The notes under the pieces: generated by a model
Told to the model about the DNA's origin: nothing
The model's database searches: none
Seen by the model: only the letters and a program-made list of their open reading frames with translations
In this document: in pieces, positions 48,347 through 57,170 of the stretch
Position numbering within the stretch: position 1 is the stretch's first letter
Layout of the letters: each line of letters begins with the position of its first letter
Made by a program: the position numbers and the translations under genes
Source of the DNA: an uncultured virus (IMG/VR IMGVR_UViG_3300030330_001255)
Lineage: Duplodnaviria; Heunggongvirae; Uroviricota; Caudoviricetes
Direction: 5' to 3' (one strand)
Length of the DNA stretch: 64,000 nt
IMG/VR virus record: IMGVR_UViG_3300030330_001255

Positions 48347-48369
48347 ATATATTTCCTCCTTTCTTAATA

Positions 48370-48410
48370 TGGTACAATACCACAGCTAAATCTATATTCA
48401 ACAACTATTT
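48370..48410 (-). promoter_or_regulatory. Putative early promoter with TGGTA-N3-TACCA palindrome
   Basis: TTGAAT-16-TATTGT. Confidence 0.65.
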
Positions 48411-48434
48411 ACATAAACGACCCATTATGGACAC

Positions 48435-48450
48435 ATACTATATATGGTAT
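48435..48450. promoter_or_regulatory. NrdR-box-like palindrome
   Basis: ATACTATATATGGTAT. Confidence 0.5.
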
Positions 48451-48479
48451 ATGCACAGAACGCATAGCTAACCGACACA

Positions 48480-48520
48480 GGGTGGAGGGCGGGGCAAGCA
48501 CGCCCCCTAACCCCACCAAT
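48480..48520. repeat. GC-rich element copy 6
   Basis: GGGTGGAGGGCGGGGCAAGCACGCCCCCTAACCCCACCAAT. Confidence 0.85.
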
Positions 48521-48654
48521 AGAGGTACCAACACGATTTAAAAAATTGAACTTTTTTAAAATATAAATTATACATACTACAAAAGGGATCCTAATATTCT
48601 GTATATAGTGTAAGTTTTAGTTATAAACACAGGGGAAAAACTTTTTGGTTCCAT

Positions 48655-50124
48655 ATGACAATAGACATAGAGAAATTTGATAAATTACCAGACCCTGTCA
48701 AAAAAGAGTTTCAAAAAACATTATTACAGTGGCAAGAAAAATTAAAAGTAGAAAAGTGTCAAAAAAATTTTCTATCTTTTGTAAAACATGTCTGGCCTGA
48801 TTTTATTGAAGGCTATCATCATAAAGAAGTTGCAAAAAAATTTAATGAGATAGCAGAGGGCAAATTAAAAAGATTAATTATTAATATGCCACCTAGACAT
48901 ACGAAGTCTGAGTTTGCATCCGTATATCTTCCTGCATTCATGGTTGGTGTAAATCCAAAATTAAAAATTATACAAACGACCCACACTTCTGAACTCGCTA
49001 TCTTATTCGGTAGAAAAGCAAAGAACGTTATTGATTCACCTGAGTACAATGAAATATTTCAAACAAGACTACAAGAAGACTCAAAGGCCGCTGGTAAATG
49101 GCAGACAGCACAAGGCGGTGAATATTATGCTGCTGGTGTAGGTGGTGCGATTACAGGTCGTGGTGCAGATTTATTAATTATTGATGACCCACACTCAGAG
49201 CAAACTGTTCTATCTAAAGATTCTTTTGAACGTGCATACGAGTGGTATACATCAGGCCCCCGACAACGTTTACAACCAGGTGGTTCGATAATCGTGGTTA
49301 TGACACGTTGGTCTAAAAATGATTTGACTGGAGAACTATTAAAAGCACAATCTAATAAAAATTCTGACAAATGGGAGGTAATAGAGTTCCCTGCAATCAT
49401 GCCATCGGGTCGTGCTCTGTGGCCAGGTTATTGGAAGAAAGAAGAGTTAGATAAAGTTAAATCATCATTAAGTTTAAAAAAATGGAATGCACAATGGATG
49501 CAAAACCCTACATCAGAAGAAGGTGCAATATTAAAACGTGAGTGGTGGAAAAATTGGGAGAAGGAAGAATTACCACCGTTAGAACATGTCATACAATCAT
49601 ATGATACAGCTTTTTTAAAAAAAGAAACTGCTGATTACAGTGCAATAACAACATGGGGTGTGTTTACTTTAGAAGATAAAGGTAAACAATTAATATTAGT
49701 AGATAGTGTAAAAGGTCGATATGAGTTTCCAGAACTACGTAGATTGGCATTAGAACAATATAAATATTGGTCTCCAGAGACCGTTGTGATAGAATCAAAA
49801 GCATCAGGATTACCCCTGACTTTTGAACTTAGAAGGATGGGAATACCAGTTGTTACCTTTACACCAAGCAAAGGAAATGATAAACATGCGAGAGTAAACT
49901 CAGTTGCACCCCTTTTTGAGAGTGGTTGTATCTGGGCTCCAAAAAGAGAAGAATGGGCTCAAGAAGTTATAGAAGAATGCGCAGCTTTTCCTTTTGGTGA
50001 AAATGATGATTTGGTAGATAGTACAACACAAGCTGTCAAACGATTTAGGGAAGGGGGTCTTATAAATCACCCTGAAGATTATCAAGATAGTGCTTTACCT
50101 TCGTCAAAACATATTTATTATTGA
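48655..50124 (+). CDS. terL: Terminase large subunit
   Basis: MPPRHTKS, LLIIDDP, SYDTA, IESKASG and DDLVDS motifs. Confidence 0.95.
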   Translation: MTIDIEKFDKLPDPVKKEFQKTLLQWQEKLKVEKCQKNFLSFVKHVWPDFIEGYHHKEVAKKFNEIAEGKLKRLIINMPPRHTKSEFASVYLPAFMVGVNPKLKIIQTTHTSELAILFGRKAKNVIDSPEYNEIFQTRLQEDSKAAGKWQTAQGGEYYAAGVGGAITGRGADLLIIDDPHSEQTVLSKDSFERAYEWYTSGPRQRLQPGGSIIVVMTRWSKNDLTGELLKAQSNKNSDKWEVIEFPAIMPSGRALWPGYWKKEELDKVKSSLSLKKWNAQWMQNPTSEEGAILKREWWKNWEKEELPPLEHVIQSYDTAFLKKETADYSAITTWGVFTLEDKGKQLILVDSVKGRYEFPELRRLALEQYKYWSPETVVIESKASGLPLTFELRRMGIPVVTFTPSKGNDKHARVNSVAPLFESGCIWAPKREEWAQEVIEECAAFPFGENDDLVDSTTQAVKRFREGGLINHPEDYQDSALPSSKHIYY

Positions 50125-50279
50125 TGGTTAAAAAATTAACAAAAACGGTACCACCCAAATCAGGGCCAACACCACAAGGGTTGAATGTTCCACTAAAACA
50201 AGTTAAAACTGTAAGATTGGAGAAAATTAATGGCAGAAATAGACAAAGCACTTCCAAACGAAGTAACCAAAACTATTGA
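50124..50279 (+). CDS. Small hypothetical protein (not in ORF track)
   Basis: TVPPKSGPTPQGL; TGATG coupling. Confidence 0.5.
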   Translation: MVKKLTKTVPPKSGPTPQGLNVPLKQVKTVRLEKINGRNRQSTSKRSNQNY

Positions 50280-52635
50280 GATAGAGAAACCAGAGGAAGC
50301 AGCTGTAGAGGTTGTACAAGAACAAGAATCAATTCCTAACCCTGGAGAGGTTTCTGTCACTGAAAAAGAAGATGGTGGAGCCGAAGTAAATTTTGAACCA
50401 GGTGCCGTTAATCAACCAAACTCACAAGATCACTTTGATAACCTAGCAGAGATTTTACCAGAAGAAGTTTTACAACCATTAGGATCAGAATTAAATAAAC
50501 AATATTCAGACTATAGAGCATCAAGACAGGATTGGGAAAAATCTTATATTGAAGGTTTAGATCTTTTAGGATTTAAATATAACAATAGAAGTGAACCTTT
50601 CAAAGGTGCATCGGGAGTAACTCACCCCGTACTTGCAGAAGCAGTTACACAATTTCAAGCACAAGCATATAAAGAATTATTACCAGCTGATGGCCCAGTT
50701 AGAACTAGAATTATTGGTGCCATAACTACACAACGTGAAGAACAATCACAACGTGTTCAGGAATTTATGAATTATCAACTCATGTACAAGATGAAAGAAT
50801 ATGAACCTGAGTTTGATCAAATGCTGTTCTACCTACCGCTAAGTGGATCAGCATTTAAAAAAGTTTACTATGATGATTTATTAGGCAGAGCCGTTTCTAA
50901 ATTTGTACCTGCAGATGATTTAGTGGTGCCATATTCTGCTACATCATTAGATGATGCAGATGCTGTTATGCATGTAATTAAAGTTTCTGAAAACGATTTA
51001 CGTAAACAACAAGTTGCAGGTTTTTATAGAGATGTAGAATTACCAGATACTTACAATCAAGAATCAGAAGTTGATAAAAAAGAAAAAGAACTTGCAGGTG
51101 AAAAGAGAACTGTAAATGAAAATATTTATACTTTGATCGAGTGCCATGTTAATTTAGACCTAGAAGGTTTTGAAGATAGATTAGATGATGGAACACTGAC
51201 AGGAATTAAACTTCCATATATTGTAACTATAGAAGAAGCATCAAGACAGGTTTTATCTATTAGAAGAAACTATCAACCGAACGATAATCTTAAAAAGAAG
51301 ATATCTTACTTTGTACATTTTAAATTTTTACCAGGTTTAGGATTTTATGGTTTTGGATTAATTCACATGATAGGTGGTTTATCAAGAACAGCGACCACTG
51401 CCCTTCGACAATTGTTAGATGCAGGAACTTTATCAAACTTACCTGCAGGGTTTAAGATGCGTGGTATAAGAATCAGAGATGATGCGCAATCAATACAACC
51501 AGGTGAGTTTAGAGATGTAGATGCACCAGGTGGTAATCTGAGAGAAGCGTTTATGACTTTACCATTTAAGGAACCATCAACCACGCTCCTTCAACTAATG
51601 GGAGTTGTAGTTCAAGCAGGTCAACGATTCGCGAGTATTGCTGATATGCAAGTGGGCGATGGTAATCAAAGAAGTGCAGTGGGTACAACTATGGCATTAT
51701 TGGAACGTGGTTCGAGGGTTATGTCAGCGATCCACAAAAGAATGTACGTTGGTCTAAAACAAGAGTTTGAGTTATTAGGTAAATGTTTTGCAACATACCT
51801 ACCTGCTGCTTATCCGTATGACGTGGTCGGTGGTTCGAGGTTTATTAAGATACAAGATTTTAACGAGAACATAGATATACTTCCTGTTGCAGATCCAAAC
51901 ATATTTTCACAAACACAAAGAATCACATTAGCACAGACAGAATTACAGTTAGCGAGTTCGCAACCTAAAATGCATAATCTATACAATGCATATCGTCAGA
52001 TGTATGAGGCGTTAGGTGTAAAAAATATAGATCGTATTCTACCAAGACCTGCACCACAGGGGCCAAAAGATCCAGCGTTAGAACACATTGATGCGTTATC
52101 TGGTAAACCTTTCAAAGCAATGCGTGGTCAGGATCATAGAGCACACATGACAGCACACTTAACTTTTATGTCAACTAATATTGCAAGAAATAATCCTATG
52201 GTTATGGCAGCATTAGATAAAAATATCTTAGAACATATCAGTCTGATGGCACAGGAACAGACAGAATTAGAATATGCGGATAGATTACAGATGTTACAAA
52301 AAGATCCTGCATTAATGCAGAAGTTTGAGGCAGACAAAGCTAAGGTTGTGGCTGAGATCATGGAGGATTTTGCTAAAGAGGAGAAGAAAATCACATCACA
52401 ATTCGATAATGACCCTATTGCGAAGTTAAGATCCAGAGAATTAGACATCAGACAGATGGAAAACTTTAGAAGAGGTCAGGAAGATAAGGATAGATTAGAG
52501 TTAGATCGATTAAAAACCCTATTGAATCAGATGAATCAAGAGGAGAAACGTGAGCAGAACGAAGATTTAGCTAATTTACGTGCAGATACCTCTATTCAAA
52601 AGACGATATTAACTAAAACAATACCTAGTAATTAA
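50230..52635 (+). CDS. Portal protein
   Basis: 801 aa after terL; GSAFKKVYYD and PGLGFYGFGLIH motifs. Confidence 0.88.
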   Translation: MAEIDKALPNEVTKTIEIEKPEEAAVEVVQEQESIPNPGEVSVTEKEDGGAEVNFEPGAVNQPNSQDHFDNLAEILPEEVLQPLGSELNKQYSDYRASRQDWEKSYIEGLDLLGFKYNNRSEPFKGASGVTHPVLAEAVTQFQAQAYKELLPADGPVRTRIIGAITTQREEQSQRVQEFMNYQLMYKMKEYEPEFDQMLFYLPLSGSAFKKVYYDDLLGRAVSKFVPADDLVVPYSATSLDDADAVMHVIKVSENDLRKQQVAGFYRDVELPDTYNQESEVDKKEKELAGEKRTVNENIYTLIECHVNLDLEGFEDRLDDGTLTGIKLPYIVTIEEASRQVLSIRRNYQPNDNLKKKISYFVHFKFLPGLGFYGFGLIHMIGGLSRTATTALRQLLDAGTLSNLPAGFKMRGIRIRDDAQSIQPGEFRDVDAPGGNLREAFMTLPFKEPSTTLLQLMGVVVQAGQRFASIADMQVGDGNQRSAVGTTMALLERGSRVMSAIHKRMYVGLKQEFELLGKCFATYLPAAYPYDVVGGSRFIKIQDFNENIDILPVADPNIFSQTQRITLAQTELQLASSQPKMHNLYNAYRQMYEALGVKNIDRILPRPAPQGPKDPALEHIDALSGKPFKAMRGQDHRAHMTAHLTFMSTNIARNNPMVMAALDKNILEHISLMAQEQTELEYADRLQMLQKDPALMQKFEADKAKVVAEIMEDFAKEEKKITSQFDNDPIAKLRSRELDIRQMENFRRGQEDKDRLELDRLKTLLNQMNQEEKREQNEDLANLRADTSIQKTILTKTIPSN

Positions 52636-52642
52636 GATTTAG

Positions 52643-52801
52643 ATGACAAAAGGCGAAAAAAAGATTAAAAAGGTCATGAAGGAGTTCAAAAAAGGTAAGT
52701 TGAACATTGGTAAGTCAGATAAGAAGGTAAAATCTAGAAAACAAGCACTAGCGATTGCACTTTCTGAGGCTGGTAAAAATAAAAAACGGAGAAAAACATG
52801 A
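52643..52801 (+). CDS. Small basic protein (DUF6496-like; not in ORF track)
   Basis: KVMKEFKKGKL...KQALAIALSEA. Confidence 0.7.
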   Translation: MTKGEKKIKKVMKEFKKGKLNIGKSDKKVKSRKQALAIALSEAGKNKKRRKT

Positions 52802-52980
52802 AAAAAGAAAAAGATGGTGGAAAAGTAGAGGTAAATCACTCTAAATTCATCAACAAAGACGGTTATAAAACTGGTGGTGTTGAGATAGAGATGACTAATC
52901 CACAAGAAACACAGACTTTTGCGGTCAGAGGCCAAAAAGGTATGTTAGCAGAGAAAAAAAGAAACGCTAAATTGTTTTAA
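52798..52980 (+). CDS. Small hypothetical protein
   Basis: ATGA coupling. Confidence 0.6.
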   Translation: MKKEKDGGKVEVNHSKFINKDGYKTGGVEIEMTNPQETQTFAVRGQKGMLAEKKRNAKLF

Positions 52981-52982
52981 TT

Positions 52983-53369
52983 ATGTGGTTATCAGCTATT
53001 AAATTAGCGATGTCTGCGGGTAGTAAGATATACGCTAATCGACAACGTACAAAGATGGCTATGTCAGAAGCCCAGCTAATGCATGCACAGAAAATGGCTC
53101 AGGGTGAGGAGGCTTATCAGGGAAAACTGCTAGAGGCTCGGCAATCAGACTGGAAGGACGAGGCAGTTTTGATAATTCTCAGTTTGCCCGTGTTGGTGCT
53201 TGCCTACGCAGTTATATCAGATGACCCAAGTGCGATGGATAAGGTAAAATTGTTTTTTGAGATGTTCTCACAACTACCGTCATGGTTCACAAATTTATGG
53301 ATCCTTGTAGTCGCGAGCATATATGGTATAAAGGGAACACAAATATTCAGAAACGGAGGAAAAAAATGA
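52983..53369 (+). CDS. Holin-like membrane protein
   Basis: SDWKDE followed by two TM helices. Confidence 0.55.
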   Translation: MWLSAIKLAMSAGSKIYANRQRTKMAMSEAQLMHAQKMAQGEEAYQGKLLEARQSDWKDEAVLIILSLPVLVLAYAVISDDPSAMDKVKLFFEMFSQLPSWFTNLWILVVASIYGIKGTQIFRNGGKK

Positions 53370-53545
53370 ATAAATTAAAAATGGTAAATAAAGGTGGAAA
53401 GAAAGTTCCTTTCTTTGCTGCTGACGGAAAAGGTGCAAAAGATCTTGGAAGAGTAGAAGCAAGAAAAGGTGGGAAGATTCCGCCACAATTAAAAAAGTTT
53501 GTAATGGCTAAAAAGAAAAAAGCTAAAATGAAGAAGAAAAAATAA
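53366..53545 (+). CDS. Small basic protein
   Basis: KVPFFAADGKG; GGAGG RBS. Confidence 0.6.
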   Translation: MNKLKMVNKGGKKVPFFAADGKGAKDLGRVEARKGGKIPPQLKKFVMAKKKKAKMKKKK

Positions 53546-53781
53546 TGGCAAAACTCTGTCCAAAAGGTAAAGCAGCAGCAAAACGTAAATTTAAAGTTTA
53601 CCCGTCTGCATATGCTAACATGTATGCTTCTGGAGTATGCTCTGGAAAAATTACACCAGGTGGTAAAAAAGGTAGCCGTAAAAAAGCTATGGGTGGTGGA
53701 ATGATGCGTAATATGTATGGCAAAGGCGGTGGCGTTTGTATTAGAGGAATGAATAAGGACGCTTACGGAAAAAATTCGTAA
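53545..53781 (+). CDS. Small basic protein
   Basis: AKRKFKVYPSAYAN. Confidence 0.7.
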   Translation: MAKLCPKGKAAAKRKFKVYPSAYANMYASGVCSGKITPGGKKGSRKKAMGGGMMRNMYGKGGGVCIRGMNKDAYGKNS

Positions 53782-54083
53782 TGGCTAAAAAAGGTTTACG
53801 TGCATGGGTAAAAGAGAATTGGGTCGATATTGCAAACAGGCGATCCGATGGTTCGTACCCAAAGTGTGGGCGCAGTGGTGGAGAAAAAAGAAAAAATTAT
53901 CCAAAATGCGTGCCCATTGCAAAAGCAAGAGCGATGTCCAAAGGGCAGCGTGCGGGTGCCGTAAGAAGAAAACAAGCAAAATCGAATACAGGCCCTACAC
54001 CTAGTAGAGCAGCAACATTTGCTAAAAGAACTAAAAGAGCAACTGGTGGCATAGTTGATATGACAAGGATAACCTACTTCTAA
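53781..54083 (+). CDS. Small basic protein (DUF5872-like)
   Basis: GLRAWVKENWVD...YPKCVP. Confidence 0.7.
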   Translation: MAKKGLRAWVKENWVDIANRRSDGSYPKCGRSGGEKRKNYPKCVPIAKARAMSKGQRAGAVRRKQAKSNTGPTPSRAATFAKRTKRATGGIVDMTRITYF

Positions 54084-54376
54084 TGATGAGAGTTGAATAT
54101 TCCAAAGGCACTATGCCAGCAAGAAATAAAAAAAATTTTCGTTCGACAAAATCGGGCGCAGGCATGACACAAGCTGGGGTCAAAGCCTATAGAAGATTAA
54201 ATCCTGGCTCTAAACTAAAAACAGCGGTGACTGGTAAAGTCAAACCAGGATCTAAAGCTGCCAAAAGACGTAAGTCTTTTTGTGCGCGAAGCGCAGGCCA
54301 AATGAAAAAATTTCCAAAAGCTGCGAGAGATCCTAACTCAAGACTAAGACAGGCTCGTAGAAGATGGAAATGTTAG
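54083..54376 (+). CDS. Small basic protein (DUF6321-like)
   Basis: RRKSFCARS...DPNSR...RWKC. Confidence 0.7.
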   Translation: MMRVEYSKGTMPARNKKNFRSTKSGAGMTQAGVKAYRRLNPGSKLKTAVTGKVKPGSKAAKRRKSFCARSAGQMKKFPKAARDPNSRLRQARRRWKC

Positions 54377-54586
54377 ATGGCAGATTTTAGAAGAGCAATT
54401 CTACAAGCACTGGAAGATAGATATAACGCAGAAATATCTGAGGCCGATGCAACTATGAAAATATATTTGGAAAAACCTGTTGCAATTGGAGAGCATCCAC
54501 AACATATTGATGAATGTGATAAATTAATAAAAAAAATATCTTCTGCTGAGGATAAATTAAAAATACTACAGGAGTTTAAAGTATGA
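54377..54586 (+). CDS. Hypothetical protein
   Basis: PVAIGEHP motif. Confidence 0.65.
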   Translation: MADFRRAILQALEDRYNAEISEADATMKIYLEKPVAIGEHPQHIDECDKLIKKISSAEDKLKILQEFKV

Positions 54587-54720
54587 AAAAAGCAAAAGCA
54601 AAAATAAAAAAGGTAGTTAAAGGTTTACAAAAAGCCTCTAAATTACATGCCAAACAAGCTAAAACATTAAAAGGAGTCATAGGTGGCGGATCCAAAAAAG
54701 GGAACGGGAAAAAAGCCTAA
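54583..54720 (+). CDS. Small basic protein (not in ORF track)
   Basis: KVVKGLQKASKLHAKQA; AGGAG RBS. Confidence 0.55.
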   Translation: MKKAKAKIKKVVKGLQKASKLHAKQAKTLKGVIGGGSKKGNGKKA

Positions 54721-54961
54721 AGGCTCAGGTAGGAGGCTCTACACTGATGAGAATCCTAAAGATACTGTTAGAATTAAGTTTGCGACTCCTACTGATGCTC
54801 GTAAAACTGTTGCGAAGGTTAAGAAGATATCTAAACCGTTTGCGAGAAAGATACAGATATTAACTGTTGGAGAACAGCGTGCCAAAGTTATGGGCAAATC
54901 ACAAGTCGCTGCAATTTTTAAAAGAGGCAAAGAGTCTATTAGAAGGAGCAGGAAAGCATGA
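54683..54961 (+). CDS. Small basic protein
   Basis: GSGRRLYTDENPKDT; AAGGAG RBS with GTG start. Confidence 0.7.
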   Translation: MADPKKGTGKKPKGSGRRLYTDENPKDTVRIKFATPTDARKTVAKVKKISKPFARKIQILTVGEQRAKVMGKSQVAAIFKRGKESIRRSRKA

Positions 54962-55197
54962 ATGATATAGAATTAATACCTAAAATACAGAAATTTATAA
55001 AAACAAATCATACTAACATTGCTGATGCAATGGTGGCGGGTGGTGTTGACAACATGGAAAAATATAAGTATATGTTAGGACAGGCACATGCCTACCAAAT
55101 AGTATTACAGGAAATCTCTAACCTGCTAGAACCAAAGGAGCAAAAAGTAGAACATGACAACATTATCGAACTCGGAAAAGGAAGTTCCAAAACATAG
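54958..55197 (+). CDS. Hypothetical protein
   Basis: Helical ORF immediately before GroES. Confidence 0.65.
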   Translation: MNDIELIPKIQKFIKTNHTNIADAMVAGGVDNMEKYKYMLGQAHAYQIVLQEISNLLEPKEQKVEHDNIIELGKGSSKT

Positions 55198-55621
55198 GAA
55201 CGCTTTACAAGAGAAATACGACAAAGAAAAAAAGAGTACACCAGAGGAAAAAGAACCTTTATCCCCTGATAACATACAAGATTTAATATCAAAATTACCT
55301 CAACCATCTGGTTGGAGAATATTAGTATTACCTTTTACACCAAAAGAAAAAACAAAAGGTGGTATTATCATTGCACAAGAGTCCTTAGAAAAATTAAGAA
55401 CTGCAACCAATTGCGGTTATGTAATTAAAATGGGGCCACTATGTTACAATGATTCTGATAAATTTCCAACAGGACAATGGTGTAAAGAAGGTGATTGGGT
55501 TATCTTTGCTAGATATGCAGGCTCTAGATTACCTATTGAAGGTGGTGAAGTTAGACTACTAAATGATGATGAAGTGTTAGGAACTATTTCTGACCCAGAA
55601 TCTGTATTGCATTATATTTAA
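55154..55621 (+). CDS. groES: Co-chaperonin GroES-like protein
   Basis: PSGWRILV, KTKGGII, GDWVIFARYAG and LLNDDEVLG motifs. Confidence 0.88.
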   Translation: MTTLSNSEKEVPKHRNALQEKYDKEKKSTPEEKEPLSPDNIQDLISKLPQPSGWRILVLPFTPKEKTKGGIIIAQESLEKLRTATNCGYVIKMGPLCYNDSDKFPTGQWCKEGDWVIFARYAGSRLPIEGGEVRLLNDDEVLGTISDPESVLHYI

Positions 55622-55630
55622 GGAGGAGTA

Positions 55631-56668
55631 ATGGCAGACGAAGAAAAAACAGTTGATATAGATACTTCTGGCCCAGGTGCAGAGGTAGAATTACCTATCG
55701 AAGAATCTACAACTGATAAACAAGAAGATAAAACACCAGCGGAGGATAAGTCACATGAAAACGAACGTGAGACAAAACTTGAAGACGGTGGTAGCACCGA
55801 TGACACATCTTCGGAATCTGATCAGCAATCTGATGTTCCAGTTCAAGAAGATAAACGTGAAACTAAAGAACAAAAAGATAAAAGATTTTCTGAAGAAGAA
55901 ATAAAAAAATATGGTTTTAACGTAAAACGAAGAATCAATAAAGAAGTCGCCAAGAGAAGAGAAGCCGAAAGACAACGAGATGAGGTTTCTGAGTATACAA
56001 AAATAATTATGGCGGAAAGAGATAAGTTAAAAGGTAGACTTGAAAAATTAGATACCAACTACGTCTCTGAAGTTGAAACTAGAATCAAAGCTGGTGTACA
56101 AGCTGCAACAGCTAAATTAGCTAAAGCTAGAGAAGATAACGATATTAAATCTGAGATAGAAGCACAAAAAGAAATATCTAGATTAGGATATGAAGAGGCT
56201 AGACTAGCTGATTTAAAAGCATCACAAGCTAAAAAGGAATCAGAAGTTAAAAAGTCAGAAGAACAACCTGTACCACAACAAAGACCCCCTATTGATGAGA
56301 AAACTCAAGAGTGGATAGATAACAATAAGTCTTGGTTTGGTAAGGTAAAAGGTATGACAGCAACGGCTTATGATATTCACGATGATCTTATGAGTGAAGG
56401 ATATGAAGGTTCAAGCGATGATTATTTTAGTGAATTAGATCGCAGATTAAGACTTGAATTCCCTTCTAAATTTGATAAAGTCGATGATTCAACTACAGAA
56501 AAAGCAAAACCTGCTCAAACTGTAGCTTCAGCTAAACGTCCAGCTGCAACAGGACGCAACAAAACTGTGTCACTCACACCCACAGAGGTAGCAATTGCTA
56601 GAAGAATTGGTGTGTCACTAGAAGATTATGCAAGAGAAAAATACGCGAAGGAGGGCAGAAGCATATGA
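55631..56668 (+). CDS. Putative scaffolding protein
   Basis: Acidic coiled coil; C-terminal LT..E..IA..IGVS.EDYA; upstream of MCP. Confidence 0.65.
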   Translation: MADEEKTVDIDTSGPGAEVELPIEESTTDKQEDKTPAEDKSHENERETKLEDGGSTDDTSSESDQQSDVPVQEDKRETKEQKDKRFSEEEIKKYGFNVKRRINKEVAKRREAERQRDEVSEYTKIIMAERDKLKGRLEKLDTNYVSEVETRIKAGVQAATAKLAKAREDNDIKSEIEAQKEISRLGYEEARLADLKASQAKKESEVKKSEEQPVPQQRPPIDEKTQEWIDNNKSWFGKVKGMTATAYDIHDDLMSEGYEGSSDDYFSELDRRLRLEFPSKFDKVDDSTTEKAKPAQTVASAKRPAATGRNKTVSLTPTEVAIARRIGVSLEDYAREKYAKEGRSI

Positions 56669-57123
56669 CAGATAAGGATATAAAAACCTCTCGCGCAAGC
56701 CAAAGTAGGCAAGCGGAAGAAAAACCAAAAGTTTGGACTCCACCCAACGCTCTGGAAGCACCACCTGCGCCAGACGGTTATAGACAGAGATGGCTGGCAA
56801 CTGAAATAAGAGGCCAAGACAACTCTAATAATATAACTAACAAGTTAAGGGCTGGTTGGTCACTGGTTAGAGCAGATGCTTATCCAGGACAACATTATAA
56901 CAGCCATACTGAAGGAAAATACGCAGGTATGATCGGAAGCGGAGGCCTTGTGCTGGCAAGGATACCAGAAGAGATTGCAAAACAGCGTGATGAGTATTAT
57001 GCACGTATGGCTCGCGAAAAAGACGAAGCAGTAAACAACGATCTTTTGAAGGAACAGCACCCAAGTATGCCTATTAACCAAGATAGGCAGACACGTGTAA
57101 CCTTCGGTGGTACAAAGAAATAG
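56665..57123 (+). CDS. Head-module hypothetical protein
   Basis: W.PP..L.AP..PDGYR.RW and GGLVLARIP motifs. Confidence 0.65.
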   Translation: MTDKDIKTSRASQSRQAEEKPKVWTPPNALEAPPAPDGYRQRWLATEIRGQDNSNNITNKLRAGWSLVRADAYPGQHYNSHTEGKYAGMIGSGGLVLARIPEEIAKQRDEYYARMAREKDEAVNNDLLKEQHPSMPINQDRQTRVTFGGTKK

Positions 57124-57170
57124 TTCTTTTAACAATTTCTAGACCAACGAAATAAATATAGGAAAACAAA

